Source: Camelus ferus (Eukaryota). Taken from it: a stretch of DNA of 64,000 nucleotides. The notes beneath the pieces are model-generated. The model saw nothing but the letters and a program-made list of their open reading frames with translations, made no database searches and was not told where the DNA came from. The position numbers and the translations under genes are program-made. Positions 35,911 to 50,320 of this stretch are shown piece after piece. Position 1 is the stretch's first letter, and each line of letters starts with the position of its first letter. The stretch covers positions 9,364,001-9,428,000 of the forward strand of contig NC_045696.1 of assembly GCF_009834535.1 (NCBI RefSeq), read 5' to 3'.

Positions 35911-37714
35911 CCGTTCCTGTGGCCCTTGTGGATTTTAGGGAAAAGATCCTGATTCTACTGGCCGCTTGGGTGTTTTATGGAACAACTTCAAGTTTCAGAG
36001 CCATTAAAATCACCCCCAAACACATACCTGGACACCCAAACACCTATTTCCTCACTTTCCCAGAAGTCAAGCGTTAAGCTCAACAGGTGCCCAACTGCAA
36101 GATGCCCCTGTACTGCCTAAATATGCAAGAGCAGGGATGGTAAATCCTGGAAGAAAGAATGGGAGGCCACACCCCTCCTTCGAATTTCTGCAGGGCCCTT
36201 CTGAGAAGTTGCAGAAGCCCCAACATAGAAGCAAGAGGAGCCAGGTGATCTGCTTGGACCAGAGATGGGCTTTGTTATGCATGAGGGGCTGGCTCTCCTC
36301 TCTCCATGACAAATTCTAGGAGTTCTGCACTCAGAGGTTAAATCCATCATCTCCCTGGTCCCTGAAGATGCTGAGAATCTGTTTCTCTTTCTGGTTCTCC
36401 TAGATTTTCTAAACTCATGCTCAAAGCTTTTTTTTTTTGTAAGTTGTGTTTCAGAGGCTTGGGGAGCTGAAGGTGGGGAGATGAAAGTGAAAAATTTGAA
36501 GGAGGGGAGCTCTGGAATTCATTGGATTAGGAATCTCTCCGGATCACAGACCAGACACATTTCTCTCAAAAAAAAAAAAAAAAGAAAAAGAAAAAGAAAG
36601 AAAGAAAGAATTTATGGTGAAACTTATGTAGTAAGTGTGTTGTGGAATCAAGCTGGATCATGTGGGTGACAGTGAGGAACTGGTTGCCCAGGGTGGCATA
36701 GTCTAAATGCAAGCAGGGATCCCAAACCAAGACTGATTTAACTTGTCAGGCTCTTAAAGGCTTGAATACTGCCCTGAGACTCATGAGTCTATCATGTCGA
36801 CAGAGGATTTTCCTGTTATCACTAAAAGATCAGCAGGCGTGGAGTCACACATTTGGCCAACCACCAGGATGTCTCCTTCTAATTCCCATTGCCCATTACT
36901 GATGAGTGAAGGACAGGAGCCCAGAGTCACTCAGCTTCATACCACCTTTCTCCAAGGTGGTGCCCTATTTGGAAAGGAACGAACCAGAAGCTTCGTCACC
37001 ACATAACAGCATCTACTCAAAATATGGCACTCACACACGTGAGCTAGACAAACGTGTCAGACACAGATCCTGCTCTGCAGAATCTCCAGGGACTTAGAAG
37101 AGGAATTCTGATGTGTTCCCACAGCAAGAAAACAGCCATCAGCCTTATTTCTTGAGGAAAGGGGAAGCCAGCACGTTCATCTCCGAACAGCAAGCACAGT
37201 ACGGGATTAGAGACCCTTATGCAAACCCAGTGAGGCCAGATGTTTCAGAAAACAGAATTCTCATAAAGATGACTGAGTGTTTATAGTGTCGATTACAGAG
37301 CAATGCACACCACCCTGTGACTGAACACATTAATATTTCGGCGGTGACACAGATGAACATTCATCTTAGGTGGAATATATAAAAAACATACATAGTTTCA
37401 GAATCCCAGTTCAAGGTCACCGCCAGATGAGTTCTGTTCAGTCTGGTTTTGCTTTCAGATAAGTTCCCCAAAACACTTGCAGTTCAGAGATTTTTGGCTT
37501 TCAGAATATACATATGGGATTGTGGTCCTGTGACTCATCGAAGGGCTACAGGTTTATTTGCGCTGCTAGGAAACATCTGAGATCAGTTACATCTATATGT
37601 TTGTTCTTAATAAAAAACCAACTGTCTCCAACACTCTGCTTTTGCGAAGAACCAAATTAAGACACAGACTTATGCAAGTAGGAATATTCCATAAATTTTA
37701 ACTCAAGCAATATT

Positions 37715-38165
37715 ATTAATTTATTTTTAATTTAATCCTCTTAGCGATAAGCAGTGTTGTTAATCATAGTCATGTTATATGTTAGATCTCCAGAACTTAT
37801 TCATCTTGCATAACTGAAACTTGGTACCCTTGACCAATACCTCACCATTTCCCCCGCCCCCCACCCCAGCCCCTGATAACTACCGTTCTGCTCTGTGTTT
37901 CTGAGTTTGACTATTTTAGATTACACGTTATTCGTGAGATCATGCAGTCTTTGTCTTTCTTTGTCTGGCTTATCTCACTTAAAATAATGCCCTCCAGGTT
38001 CATCCATGTTGTCACAAATGGCAGGATTTCCTTCTTTTTTTAAGACTGAATAATATTCTGTTGTATGTATCTACCATATTTTCTTTATCCACTCATCCAT
38101 CAAAGAACATTCAGGTTGTTACCAAATCTTGACCGTTGTGAGTAAGACTGCAATGAACATGGATA
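37715..38165 (-). mobile_element. L1 3' end (L1MA9-like)
   Basis: ttagatctccagaacttattcatcttgcataactgaaact...ggttcatccatgttgtcacaaatggcaggattt. Confidence 0.88.
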
Positions 38166-38174
38166 ACCGCTCTA

Positions 38175-39070
38175 TTTTTTTTTTTTCATTTTATTGGAGT
38201 ATAGTCAGTTTACAATGTTGTGTCAATTTCCAGTGTACAGCATAATGCTTCAGTCATACATGCATATATTCCTTTTCATATTCTTTTTCATTATGAGTTA
38301 CTACAAGATATTGGATAAAGTTCCCTGTGCTGTACAGTAGAAACTTGTTATTTATCTGTTTTATATATAGTAGTTAGTATCTGCAAATCTCAAAGTCCTA
38401 ATTTATCCCTTTCCACCTCCATCCCCTTCCCGGTTACCATAACTTTGTTTCCTGCGACTGTGAGCTTGTTTCTGTTTTGTAAATAAGTTCATTTGAGTCA
38501 TTTTTTCAGATTCCACATATGAGTGATATCATATGGTATTTTTCTTTCTCTTTCTGGCTTACTTCACTTAGTATGACAATCTCCAGGACCATCCATGTTG
38601 TTGCAAAGGGCTTTATTTTATTCTTTTTTATGGCTGAGTAATATTTATATATATATATATTTATTTTTATTTATATATTATATATTTATATATTATATAT
38701 TTATATATTATATATAATTATGTGTATATTTATATATAATATATTATATATTTATATATAATATATTTTTATATATAATATATATTTATATATTATATAT
38801 TTATGTATTTTATATATATACACACACACACACACACACCAGAACTTCTTTATCCAGTCATCTGCTGATGAACATTTAGATTTTTAATGTCTTGGCTATT
38901 GTAAATAGTGCTGCTATGAACATTGGTTGCATGAATCCTTTTGAATTAGAGTTTCCTCCGGATATATGCCCAGGATGGGATTGCTGGATCATATGGTAAG
39001 TCCTTTTTTAGTTTTTTAAGGAAACTCCATAGTGTTTTCCATAATGGCAGCACCAAACTACATTCCCACC
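38175..39070 (-). mobile_element. Young L1 3' end with internal AT/CA microsatellite expansion
   Basis: Poly-T, L1 3'UTR, then ORF2 C-terminus (gggattgctggatcatatggta...cattcccacc). Confidence 0.92.
38641..38838. repeat. About 180 bp of degenerate (TA)n followed by (CA)n
   Basis: Directly visible. Confidence 0.95.
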
Positions 39071-39099
39071 GAGGCACTCTGCTGTAAAACATAGCTTCT

Positions 39100-39290
39100 A
39101 CTCTCAGTTATCCTTTTCTGCTTTATTTTTCTCCATATCAGTTATCTCCATCTGACGTATAACAAATATTACTTACTTATTATCCACTAGGATGGTGGTT
39201 CCGTGAAGCAAGGATTTTTTGCTTGTCGCTGCCTAGAACTGAACCAGGCACATAGTAGGCACTCAGTAAATACAGGCTGACGGAGGAATA
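39100..39290 (+). mobile_element. L2 3' end
   Basis: ctgctttatttttctccat...gcctagaac...ggcacatagtaggcactcagtaaata. Confidence 0.75.
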
Positions 39291-41174
39291 CATGCATGCT
39301 TTCACATACGTATGTATCAATCTGAACCAGTTTCCAAAAATACTTTTCTCAGTTGGTTTTATACTTTGAAGGACAAGCTAATGTCACAAGACACTCTGTT
39401 CACAGAAATTCTTATCTACTGACTTTGGTGAATACTTTTATTTATTAGCAAAGGTTGGTCAGTTCGTATAAAGGAACACAAAGGAAATACCAAATAAATA
39501 GAGATCTGAAGGTCGCTGTGAAGTCACTTTGAGATTTGCACAGTGTTGACTTGTCAGCCAGCACCAGATTAGCTGTTTAAATACCAAGGAGGGTTAATCA
39601 GAGGTTACAAATTCAGGGATAAGAGGCAAAAGAGGTGACAAACTCAGGGATGGGAGGCAAGAGGCAAAAATTATGTAGTTTTTAGTAATTTTAGGGTTTT
39701 CCTACCATATATTATGAGGACGCATGAAGCAGGGCAATTGGGGGGTTACAAAGAAGACCTCAAGGGCTTAAAAATAAATGATTGAAAGGTTGGTTGTCTT
39801 TGCTGTTTTCCCAGAACAAACAGATTCATTTGCACAGAGACTCTTTCCTTCTCTAGCAGGTCTCTGCTGCTTTCAGAAGACCCCTTGGGATGATGATATA
39901 TCTAGAACATTCAGATCACAGGCTACACTTAGGGCCAAACAGAAGTCCTCCTGCCACCAGTTTCTCTTCAAGCAGCTCTTCCTCCTCACCTAAGACTGGC
40001 CCCAAACCTGGCTTTGCTTAGTTACCTGTAAAGGTCTATTTCAGTTTGAAGAAGAATATCTCTGCAGAATAGCTTCAGCGAGGAGGCCAGATTGCAGCAT
40101 GGACAGAGCATCTTGAATCCAATGAAAACATTACACAAACCGACACGAATAATGCCATGTCAAATGGGTGGTTCCTCTGGTCACTCTCCCTGATTTAAAT
40201 CCCACTTTAATCACATGTTAACTGTATCATTTTAAGTTTTCCATCTAGAGCAGTGGGCGTTATCACAGACTCATTGTCATTGTGGGTTTTAAATCAGAGA
40301 ATGTGTATATCACACTCAGCACAGTGCTGGCTATTGTTAACATGACGACCTCGTTGTTTGCATTGTCCCAGAGGACAGAACTGTCACATCTTGACAGAAA
40401 GGAGATCCACAGAGAGCCAGGGTGACACTTCGTCCCACGTGGCCCATGGCAGTCGTAATCATAAGTGCATCCTGTCACTCTTGAAAGTGTCCTAGTTTAG
40501 ACGGTGAATTATATGATCACCCTACCATGAACTCATCGAGCTGGGGAGAGTCTCTTCTGTTTTCTTTCCACATGATTTTGCCCTGTCCTCAAAACAAACT
40601 AGATTTTGAACAAATACTTGTTGGATGATAGAAGAGATTTTAAAAATAGAGAAGAGGAGGAGGGAGAGACTAAGGAGGATGGGAGGGGAGAGGGAGGGGC
40701 GAAAGTCTCCAAATGTTTATTACAAACCACTTGCTGAAGGCTTTCTGGAGAGCCCGTAATCTGGGAGGCGTTGTGACCACCTCAGCCAGAAAATGGTCAG
40801 CCCAGGGCGAAGGGCAGGGGAGGAAGGATATGGAGCCCTCATGCCAAGCTGGCTTCTGGGTCCTGAAGACTGTATTTCAAGGCTTTTATTCTCACATCAC
40901 CCTCAATTCTGACACCAGGAGCAGGGTAACAACCCACCAGAACTAAAGACTGGAAGCCAGTTCAGAACCTTCCAACTCTACCTGCAAAGTTCTTCTTTGC
41001 ATTTTTGTATTTTTCTAAAACTATACAATCTCCTGTTTTTGCTCTCTTACATGTTTTAGAAACTTGACCTTCTTTTGCTGTTTGAAACTTCAAGTTTCTG
41101 ATCTCCTCCAGAACCCTGAAATCTAAGGTGATGCATGCTGACTTGACGGAACAGATCTGTGGTCTTGTGTTTGA

Positions 41175-41380
41175 AAGGTGGTTTTCAACTGAAGACAGGT
41201 CTGTCCCTCGTGGGATGTTTGGCAACATCTGGAGACGTTTTTTGGTTGTCGTGATTGGAGCAGCTGCTGGCTTCCAGTGGGCAGAGGCCAGGGATGCGTC
41301 TAAACCTCCTCTAAAGCCCAGGACAGTCCCCACAACAAAGAGTGAACCAGCCCACAATGTCAAGCGTTGTGTTAGAGGAA
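41175..41380. mobile_element. MER20 hAT-Charlie element
   Basis: tttggcaacatctggagacgtttttggttgtc...gtgggcagaggccagggatgc...caggacagtccccacaacaaag. Confidence 0.85.
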
Positions 41381-42266
41381 GCCCAGCCTCCCTCCAGCTC
41401 ACTAACTACAGGCTTCTCCATAGAAAATGCCTTAATCCCATATGTTGACTCCACCAGAAGCTTGGAACAGTAGATGGGGCGGGGGGCGGTATGCTGTGTT
41501 AGGGAGAACTGTCACCCCTTAAATCATCTCCTGCATTTTACTAAGGAGTCCAGATGAGAAGCTTTTTAGGATAATGCAGAAATTATGAGATTTGTATCTA
41601 GAAATCCAGGCTCAAATCCTAATTCTGCTGCTTCCTGGCCATGGGTGATACACCAGTTGCACTGGACCCTTCTGAACATTGAAAGTGATAATATGTAAAG
41701 TGTTTTGTAAGCTATGAAACTGCTGCACAATGACCAAGCAATGTTATTAATTTCCTTCAGGTAACGGCTTGTCCTATTTTGTACTGCTCAGATACTGCAA
41801 TTGACCTCACCCTGCTATAACACAGGACATTTGTCTAAAATATTAATCCCTCAACACTTGACAGAAAGCCAGCATTCATGGCCCTAGGCATCCATTGATA
41901 CATAAGGGTTTAGAAAATGCAATTTCCTAAATATCTGTTTCTCACAGGAAACACTGGTGCCTTTCTCAAGCCCTATACTGCAGCCCTAAAAACAATCAAA
42001 AGGGGTTCTGGAAAGATCCCAATGCCAGAGGTGTTCTTAGCAGGGGAATTTTAAAAACCCCAAGGGATGTGGAGGTTTCCATGGTGACGCGCACTCTTAA
42101 CGTATCAGGAGCAACAGGTGAAGGTCTGGGGAGCACTCACATCTGTATGTAATGTGACTTCCTTCTTGTTAGCTGTACAACTTGGGGCAAGTCACTTGCC
42201 CCGCTCTGTGCCCTGAATTCCTCTTCTGCCCTAGCAGGGATGTTGTAAGTCCGTGGGTATAAGGTA

Positions 42267-42925
42267 TAGTCAATTCTCATTATTTGAGGATTCAAATATT
42301 TGATAAAAATCTTTTCATTTGTATACATTCGCAACCCCATTTACACTGTAAGTATTTGTAACCCCCAAATCAATACTCCAATGGGGCTTTTGTGGTCATT
42401 CACAGACATGCACAGAGCAGTAAAAAAAAAACAATTTGGGTCGCCCAATGCACAGGTTCTCACCTGAGGTTTAATGAGGCTGTGCTCTGCCTTCTTCCTT
42501 CAGCTCTTCTGCTGCAAACAAGTTTCCTTTTCACAGTCTGTCCCGTGCCAAGTGTTTTGCACTTTTTGTTGATTTCATTGTTTAAAATGGCCTCCGAGTG
42601 CAGTGCTGAAATGCTGTTTGGTGTTCCTACATGCAAGAAGGCTACAGATGAGCTGGAGAAAACACATGTGTGAAACAAGATTCCTCCAGGCAGGAGCTGT
42701 TCCAGTGCTGTTGGCCATGAGACCAATGTAAGTGGATCAACAATATATATTAAATAATGTGTCTTTAGACAGAAACACACATAAAACAAAGTTATACGTT
42801 GACCAGTTGATGAAAAAGTTGTGATCAGAGACCCTGTATTTCTCCTAGGGCCAACGGTTCAGTATTTGCTAACTCAGTGTTCACAGCAACTTAATAGCAC
42901 CAACATGAGTAACAAGAATCAACTG
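42267..42925 (-). mobile_element. MER82-like TcMar-Tigger DNA transposon, inserted in a MIR (~42145-42265 and ~42926-42990)
   Basis: Terminal inverted repeats tagtcaattctcattatt / agtaacaagaatcaactg after TA. Internal tttgtaacccccaaatcaatact and cagaaacacacataaaacaa. MIR core (cttggggcaagtcactt) on the left. Confidence 0.82.
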
Positions 42926-43089
42926 TGCTTAGAAGGATGCCTGGCACAGAGTGATGACCCTTGAACATTACCACTGAACTATTATTATTTGGAAAGTTCT
43001 CACAGTCAGTGTTTTTGGGTTAACAAAGATTGTTAGTTTTATGAACCCCATGGAAATGTATTGTCTATAAGTCAGCTAAAGAATGAATT

Positions 43090-43720
43090 GGATTCACCTT
43101 TATCACATGGTGGTCCAGGCTGCCTCCATCTCCCACCTGGACCACTGCAGTAGCATCCTAACCCTTCTCCATGACTCCACACTTGTCCCTCAAGTGGGTT
43201 CTCAATCGTGGCAACTTGGGTCATCCTTTAAAAACGTTAGCTGGATAACCCCACTCCCCTCAAATCCCTCCAATGACTTCACCATATACTGAGAGCTATA
43301 TCCAAGATCTTCTAGCAGCCCTGAAGGTCTATAGGAGGGATCGCCTCCCACTCCCTCTCTGATATCTATGTCCTGTCTCACTGTCCCCCATCACTGTCCC
43401 ACATCAAATCTAAACCCGGCCCCCAGCCTGAAACTCTCTACCCCTGTCTCCACATGGGCCACATTCTGATTTCTTTTAGGTCCTTGCTGAAGTCACCTCC
43501 TCAAGGCCACCTCCCCTGATTGTTCTGCGCAAAACATCCACTCTGCCCTCTCCATCCTCTTACTCAGCTCTATTCTGTGTGTTGGTTTTCTGCCTCCCCC
43601 AAGACAGGGAGCTCCAGGAGGGCAGGGAGCCTGCCCCTTGTTCACTGGTGTCTCGTCAGCACCTAGAACAGCGCCAGCGTACTGGAGTCTCTCGATAGTC
43701 GTGCGAATGGTTGCTGTTCT
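43090..43720 (+). mobile_element. L2 fragment reaching the 3' end
   Basis: tggtccaggctgcctccatctcccacctggaccactgcagtagcatcctaac...ttgttcactggtgtctcgtcagcacctagaacag. Confidence 0.75.
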
Positions 43721-45500
43721 GACTGAATGGACCTGACTGGCCATCCAAGCTGACTGGACGTGTTAGGATTGTTTGCACAGCCAGTGCTTTTTCTTAGAGA
43801 GCAAATGTCCTGCTCAGTCAGCCAGCCATCAAATATGTTTTAACTTGCAAAGTTCCTCTGTCATTCCGGCCCAGGTGGAGGTGAGCTAGGAACCTCACTT
43901 GTGAGCTGTCTCTAAAGTCAAGATTGAAATGCAGCCACCTCATTTTTCTTTCCACAGACTCTTTTGCCTCATTAAAAGGAAGTCAGATAGCTTCCTCCTG
44001 GGCCTCTCCCCCTCATATGATCTGCCCAAGGACCACAGAAGTTTCCTCATGCCAAAGGGGTGAGAAACTATTCTGGCTTTTCCCACCTCCATTCAGTCCT
44101 GATGCTCAAGCCAGGGGCCCTTCTCCCTTCTGCAGGGAGGCCTGATCTCGGTCCCCACAGAGCCCCAGGGGCTAAAGCTTGGAAGGGAGACACCCTTGGT
44201 CTTAAACTCCAAATTCCTCAGGGGGAGTTCCCACATCTCAGCTCTCAGCAAGTCCCCATGTGGCTGGTTTCACTCCCAGCCCCGTCCTGGGACCCAAGCC
44301 AGCCCCCGGAGAGCCTGAGCTTGGGGCACAGTTCAGCACCACCGCACCACCCTGCCTCCCCTAGGGTGGGCTAGCTTCTTCTTTAATCCTCAGAACAAAA
44401 GCAAACCAATTCTACCCTTCCCCAGTAACCCAGGGCAGCCCTGCCTGCACCTGTCTTTTCAGTGAATCCAAGATAATTGACCAGCCCTTCCTCTGCTGAT
44501 TCATAGACAGCATCTTTCACCAAGAAAAATAAAAGAAACACACCCTTAACATCCAGCGTGGCCCCCATCTGGAAGGCTCCCGACGACATTAGTAAATGAA
44601 AGCCAGCTTTTTAAGCTTTCATATTTAAGTCCTTGATTTCACAGATGACACTCATGACATTTATTATTATATAGGATGGCCTTTAAACAAAATTTCAAAA
44701 CAAGCCAAGGGCAGACCCAATCCTTCTTTCCCCCTTTTCCTTGCACTTGGTGTCTGGATGCCTTTGGACGTGTCTCCTAACACCTTCAGTCCTTGGTTTC
44801 CCTACCTGTTCTATTGGGAAGTGATTCCTGCCCAGCTCTTGCAAGGTTATTCAGGACTAAGCAAGACATCTCTGTGAACAGAACCCATGAACCGTGGACA
44901 CACAAAGTTAAGGCACATTCATCAGCCCTTCAGTCCTCTAGGCAGCGGTGTCCAACCCCAGCTGTGCATCAGAATGACGGAGACATAGGTCAGGAAGAAA
45001 GACCCCCAGGCCCCGTCTCCAGAAAGGATTTTCCCAGTGGGTCAGACTCAGGGCCCTGGAGTCTGTTCCACAGATTGTGCAGGAATGTCTCATGCTTTCC
45101 CAGGTTTGAAAAGACTGCTCTTCCAAACATGTATACATGTATGTGAACTTGGGTCAGTGAGTTACCGTCCCAAAGGAGTATTTGCCCAGTAAGTCCTATC
45201 TCTATCTGAGCAATAAAGGCTTTGCACCGATTAAAATATTGAAGGTATTCAAGATCAAATGAGAAAGCTATGTTTCAGGTAAAGAATCTTTGACAGTTCT
45301 CTGACGTTAACCTAGGTGGGACCTTTGCCCAGACAATGTAATAAGGTATATTTGAACTATATGGGTTTTTGTAGTGAAGGAGTGAATGAGGAACTTGGTA
45401 GATCAAAGAGAAGTTTAGGCACATGGGAGCAAGGGGGGGGAACCTAGATTCTTTGCAGTGAGAAAAAGATAGACTTCAAAGCAAACTTATCTGGAGATCT

Positions 45501-45592
45501 TTTTTTCCTCCCTCAACGGAGGCACTGCGGATTGAACCCAGGACCTCATGCAAACCAAGCACATGCTCTGCAACTGAGCTATACCCCCGACC
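45501..45592 (-). mobile_element. tRNA-derived SINE, vic-1-like (short)
   Basis: ggattgaacccaggacctcatgc...actgagctatacccc. TSD ctggagat(c/t)t at 45491 and 45593. Confidence 0.87.
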
Positions 45593-46289
45593 CTGGAGAT
45601 TTTTTATATATATATTTATTTCTCCTTATAAACCTAATTGGTTTTTAAAGCGTTACTGGTCTGTATGTCTCTGGTGCACTTATATTCATTACATCTGAAA
45701 AAGAAATCCTATTAGGGCAGGGCAGAAGCATTTGATATATGTAAAACTTGAAAGCTGTTTTATAAGCCTGTCTTCAAACCAGGAAGTTGAATTTTCCCAG
45801 AGTCAGACTGGCTCATGTTTCAATAGAAACTCGGAGCCCACAAAATACAGGTTGTGTTTTTCTACCCCTGGCTAAATTTCTTGCCTTTTTTCCCCCTGCT
45901 TTTACTCTAAGTATATGCACACGGCTATAAATTCAGGTGGCAGGTCTCCCAGATTGAGATAAAGTTCGATGTTTCACCTCCCCGAGGACTTCGGGGGCTT
46001 TGTTCATGTTTCTGTCATGGGATTTGAAGGCATCATTGTTAGACTGCGGTAAGTAAGCTGAGCAGTTTCTGAAGTCACAGAAAGGACCAGGGATCACATA
46101 GCTGCTTGAAATAGGCAGGTTACGCACTAATCAACAGCTGTGAGTCAGCAGAGAAAAAGCCGGGGCTCTATTTTCTGTGTGGACATAGGAGTCGGCAAAA
46201 AGGCGTTACTCACCCCTCTTTTAAATGTAATAGCAACAAAATGAGCCGGATGATCTAATTATAACCAGGCGCCAAAATCAAAGTCCTCA

Positions 46290-46810
46290 AAGGATACATG
46301 CATAGAATTCAGCAGGTTCCTTGGGAAAATTCCTATTTTTGTATTCACGAAACTCAAATTGAAATTTACCAGTTCTTTCAATTATGAATTTCACGAAACT
46401 CAAATTGAAATTTGTAATTTCTTTCAATTATGAATTAGGGGGAAATAGTAATAATTATGTCTGTGACTATGTCCCCAGTTAAAATCACGAATATTTTTAT
46501 ATCTTATTCCAGACGTGACTTACCTCAAAGTGTCACATGTGCTCCTTACTACGCCAAAATTTCAGTAGTTATTAGGTCTGCCTCTGGGTCTTATTTGACG
46601 TGTTCATAAAGAAATACATATATTACTTCATTGCCTCTTACAGTTCTTGTTAATCACACATTTCTTCTTAATATTTGATAACTGTATCTCAGTGTAATTG
46701 GCTTTCTTTTCTAATCCTCTGCATTTTATTTTACACATTAGAAACATTCAGAGAAGAGTTCACCGGACTAGCAAAGATATCCATAGTTCAGAAACGATTA
46801 AGAACACTTG
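46290..46810. mobile_element. Non-autonomous hAT-Charlie element with an internal 46-bp tandem duplication (46344-46436)
   Basis: atagaattcag...ttctttcaattatgaat...aatatttgataactgtat...ttaagaacacttg terminal motif. Confidence 0.7.
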
Positions 46811-46879
46811 AACTAGAATTTGTTTCGCAGTGGTATTTTAAATGAAACCTGTACGTCTGTCTTAAAATATTCCTATTGT

Positions 46880-47290
46880 TGGCTTCTCAGCAAGAGGGGT
46901 GTGAGTTACACAGGTGTACTGATTTGTCAAAATTATACAGATAATGAAAACAATCTAAATGTCCTTGAACCGGGGAATAGATGAAGAGTAATGTAACACT
47001 TTCAGTAATAAAAAGGCATAAGCTATTGAAATGTACAACAACATGGGTGAATCTCAAATGCATAATGAAAATTGGAAGAAGCCAGACTAAAAAGGCTACA
47101 TGATTTCATATATACGACACTATTTCCAAGCCAAAAACAGACAGAAAATAGATTAGTAGTTGGCTAGAGGCAGGGAGTGGGGTCAGGAATTGCCAACAAA
47201 GGGCACAGGAGATTTTCCAGGGCTGACAGAATTTTTGTATTTCAGTATATGTTAATTTACCTAGAAGTGCTGTAAATACAACTTGTATGC
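46880..47290 (+). mobile_element. Old L1 3' fragment (L1MC/ME-like)
   Basis: acaacatgggtgaatctcaaatgcataatg...gaagccagac...agattagtagttgg. Confidence 0.7.
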
Positions 47291-49034
47291 TAGTTTTATG
47301 AGTACCCCCTGTCTTCCAACTCTCCCCAAGGAGATTGGGGTCCAGAAGCCCCATCCTGAGCACAAGGGCAGCCCAGCACCCCCCACCACCTCCACCCCGT
47401 CTCACGCGGTTCCCTTTGGCTCTGAGCGCCTGTGCCTGCCCCACCCCCACCCCATCTCTACCTGCTGCTCCCCCCTCTCCTCCTCATCTCCCAGGAGAGC
47501 CCAGCGTCTTTTGCTTGGTTTTTCCAACATACCACTTCACAGAGGAAGTTGGCCTAATTAGGACATAATTTATAGCCCAAACTTGGACATTTTTGAAAGT
47601 GAAAGAATTATGCTGGGGCTCCCGCACTCTCTCTCCACCTCATCCCGAATTCTCCCTCTTCGCTTACTCCCGCTCAACCCCCAAATCCCTGTTAATCTCT
47701 TATACAAAGCAATTTAGCCATCTTTGTTTCACTCCCCACACAATCTGCCTATACCCTGAGAGAGCTATTGTTCCAAAATCAAACACGGTCCTTAGGGGGC
47801 TTTTGCTAATCAATCCTCTCCCCTGATACATGCTTCCATCTGCTCAGGAACAAAACAGAGGCAGCAACTTTAATCGCTGATACCTTAAGGTGCTAAACTG
47901 CACATGGGCATTCTCAGTCCACCCTTACAGAGCTCTATGGGGCAGCTGAAATTACAAAGCCCATTTTAAAGATGAACAGACTGAGATTCAGGGTATCAAA
48001 TAACTCCGGAGAGCCAGTGGTCCAATCCGAGTCTCTCAGACAGCACAGGTGACCCTACAAAAGGCCACCATCACCCTCGCCTTGTCCCAGGTACCTAGTA
48101 CAGGTGTCAGGCAAATATTTGCTGTCTGCCTGCCCACCGGCCTGCGTGATGTCATTGTTTCAACAACCAAATTAACACAACAGCTTCCAAACAGTCTGGC
48201 TGTTTCCACTGTATTCCCAACTGCATGAGCTCAAATAATCAGTAAAGGTCAGTGTGAGCTGTTGCACACAGGATCCAGAATCAAGAAAATGTTCCTATTC
48301 TGGGCTTCTCCTTTAGTTATGATAACCTTGTTCAAAAGTTTGAAGTCATTTCCCCTCTCAACACTAAAACTCAGACTTGACACCACACCATGTTATCTCT
48401 CTATGGCTCCAGACCTGTGAATGCAAAACTGAAAACGCAGATGAAGAATTCAGGTTTTGTAATATTGTACATTAAACTCTATTTCAATTTTTTTAGAAAG
48501 AGTTCAGGCAAATATGGAGAGTTAGAAATTCCCCCTGAGACAGATTTAAATTTTCCACTTCAACCAAATGCTTGGTTAGAAGAAACCGCTGTGGTTTTGT
48601 ATAACTGGCAGCCCCCTCTTTTCTAATGACTGTGTTGACAAGCCAGAAGGGAGGAACCTGAGATGTGCGTTTTGTGATAAATGGTGATTAGGGGTCCAGA
48701 GAATCTTCCACATGTGAGTCCGGGGGAGGAGAGAAGGGAGAAGCAGTTTCATTCTTCTTTCCTGGACCCAAAATTAATGGACCATAAATTCTTATAAAGT
48801 AAGTGAGTTTCTGGAATCCTCCCAGCCCTTCTGAACCTCTCTGAGATCCTAATGTTATTCCTGAGAATTCCAGGCTCCTGGTTTCCTCTTTTACTGATGC
48901 GAGGACTCCGGAACCCACCTTGCCTCTCTCTCCATCGTCATCCCAGTCACCTACCGTCTCCCTCAAATCAAAACGCTTATCCCCTCCATGTGGGTGAGTC
49001 CTACTAAGTGTTCAGAAACTAACAGCAAACTCTC

Positions 49035-49260
49035 ACTTAGTGCTGACTGTCTGCCAGGCACTGTTTTAAGCATATAGCATATACGAACTCATACATGGAG
49101 CTTATAATTTTAAGGTAAATACTGTTATTACCATCCTACGCAAAAGACAAAGAGACTGGACTAGGGAGGGGAAGCAATTCACCCAAGGGCACCCAGCTGG
49201 AAAGCAGCACGGCCCAGCGATGCACCTAGACAGCCTGGCTCCGGAATCTGTGAACTTAAC
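49035..49260 (-). mobile_element. MIR SINE
   Basis: tgccaggcactgttttaagca...actgttattaccatcc...acccaagggcacccagct. Confidence 0.7.
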
Positions 49261-50112
49261 CCTTCCTAATATTTGGGAAGCGTGCACTTGGTGCCAGGCA
49301 CTGTACAGTGTGTGCGTGTATTGAACAGATATGCCCTAGGACCTGTGGTATGCCAATCACTGAGCTGGAGCTGGGGACACATTGGTGACAAGGCCACATA
49401 ATCTTTGCCCTAATGGAACCACACTCCTGGGAGGTCTCAGACAATCAGCCAAGCAATGACAACACAGGGGCAGCGAGTGTTCCCTTAGGAGAGGGCCGCC
49501 TGCTAGGGACACATAGGAGAGATGCTCGACCCTGACTTGGGGCTGGATAAGTATAGAGTGAGGTGTGGTCATGTCTAAGGTCCACCTGAAAAAAGAATAA
49601 AAGTTTAGCTGGTAATAGTAATAATAATAAATAAACAACAAAAAACGTGAAAGATTGTGTTCAGGCAGAGGAAAAGCATGAGAAAATCCCAGAGCAAGAA
49701 ATCTGCCAGGAAAAAAAGTCATCTCAGAGAGGTTGGACCAAAGTGTGGATGGGCACAGGGAGGCGGGCTGGGGAGTCCCGGGGGGCTGCAAAGCCTGAGT
49801 GTAGAAGGACCCCATGAGCCCATCAGAAAGTCCGGGCTTTATCCAAAGAGCACTGAGGCTCCGCCGAGGGGTGATGTGAACTGATGTGCATCTGAAGAGA
49901 GCACTGGCAGGAGGCGGGTTAGGAGGATGTGGCAGCAGTCCAGGGTAGGGCCCTGGCCATCACTCTGCAGATTTAATACAACTGCTTCCTGGGAAGTGGT
50001 GGCTCCAGCCTTGAAGGGCAGGACTCTGACAGCTGCACCGGGCTTCCCATCAAAGAGTAATGGGGTAGGGGTGTCCGAAAGGGAGCCACCCGACCGTGGG
50101 CTCTGACTTTCC

Positions 50113-50320
50113 ACCAGTACTTCTCCACTGAGGGCAGTTCCCACCCCCACCCCCCAAGGGTACATTTGGCCAAATCCAGAGGCATCTTTGGTTGTCACAG
50201 CTCGGGGGAGGACCACTGGGATCTGATGAGCTGAGACCAGGGAGGCTGCCTAACATCCCCCAAGGCTCAAGACAGCCCACCACTCCGAAGGAAGAACGAA
50301 GGACCCGGGCTGAACAGATG
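50113..50320. mobile_element. MER20 hAT-Charlie element
   Basis: acatttggccaaatccagaggcatctttggttgtcacagct...gaccagggaggctgcctaacatcc. Confidence 0.75.

Noticed and set aside
46344..46436. 46-bp tandem repeat superficially like a repeat-spacer array
   Set aside because: Only two adjacent copies, inside a DNA transposon, with no spacers. It is a simple tandem duplication, not CRISPR.
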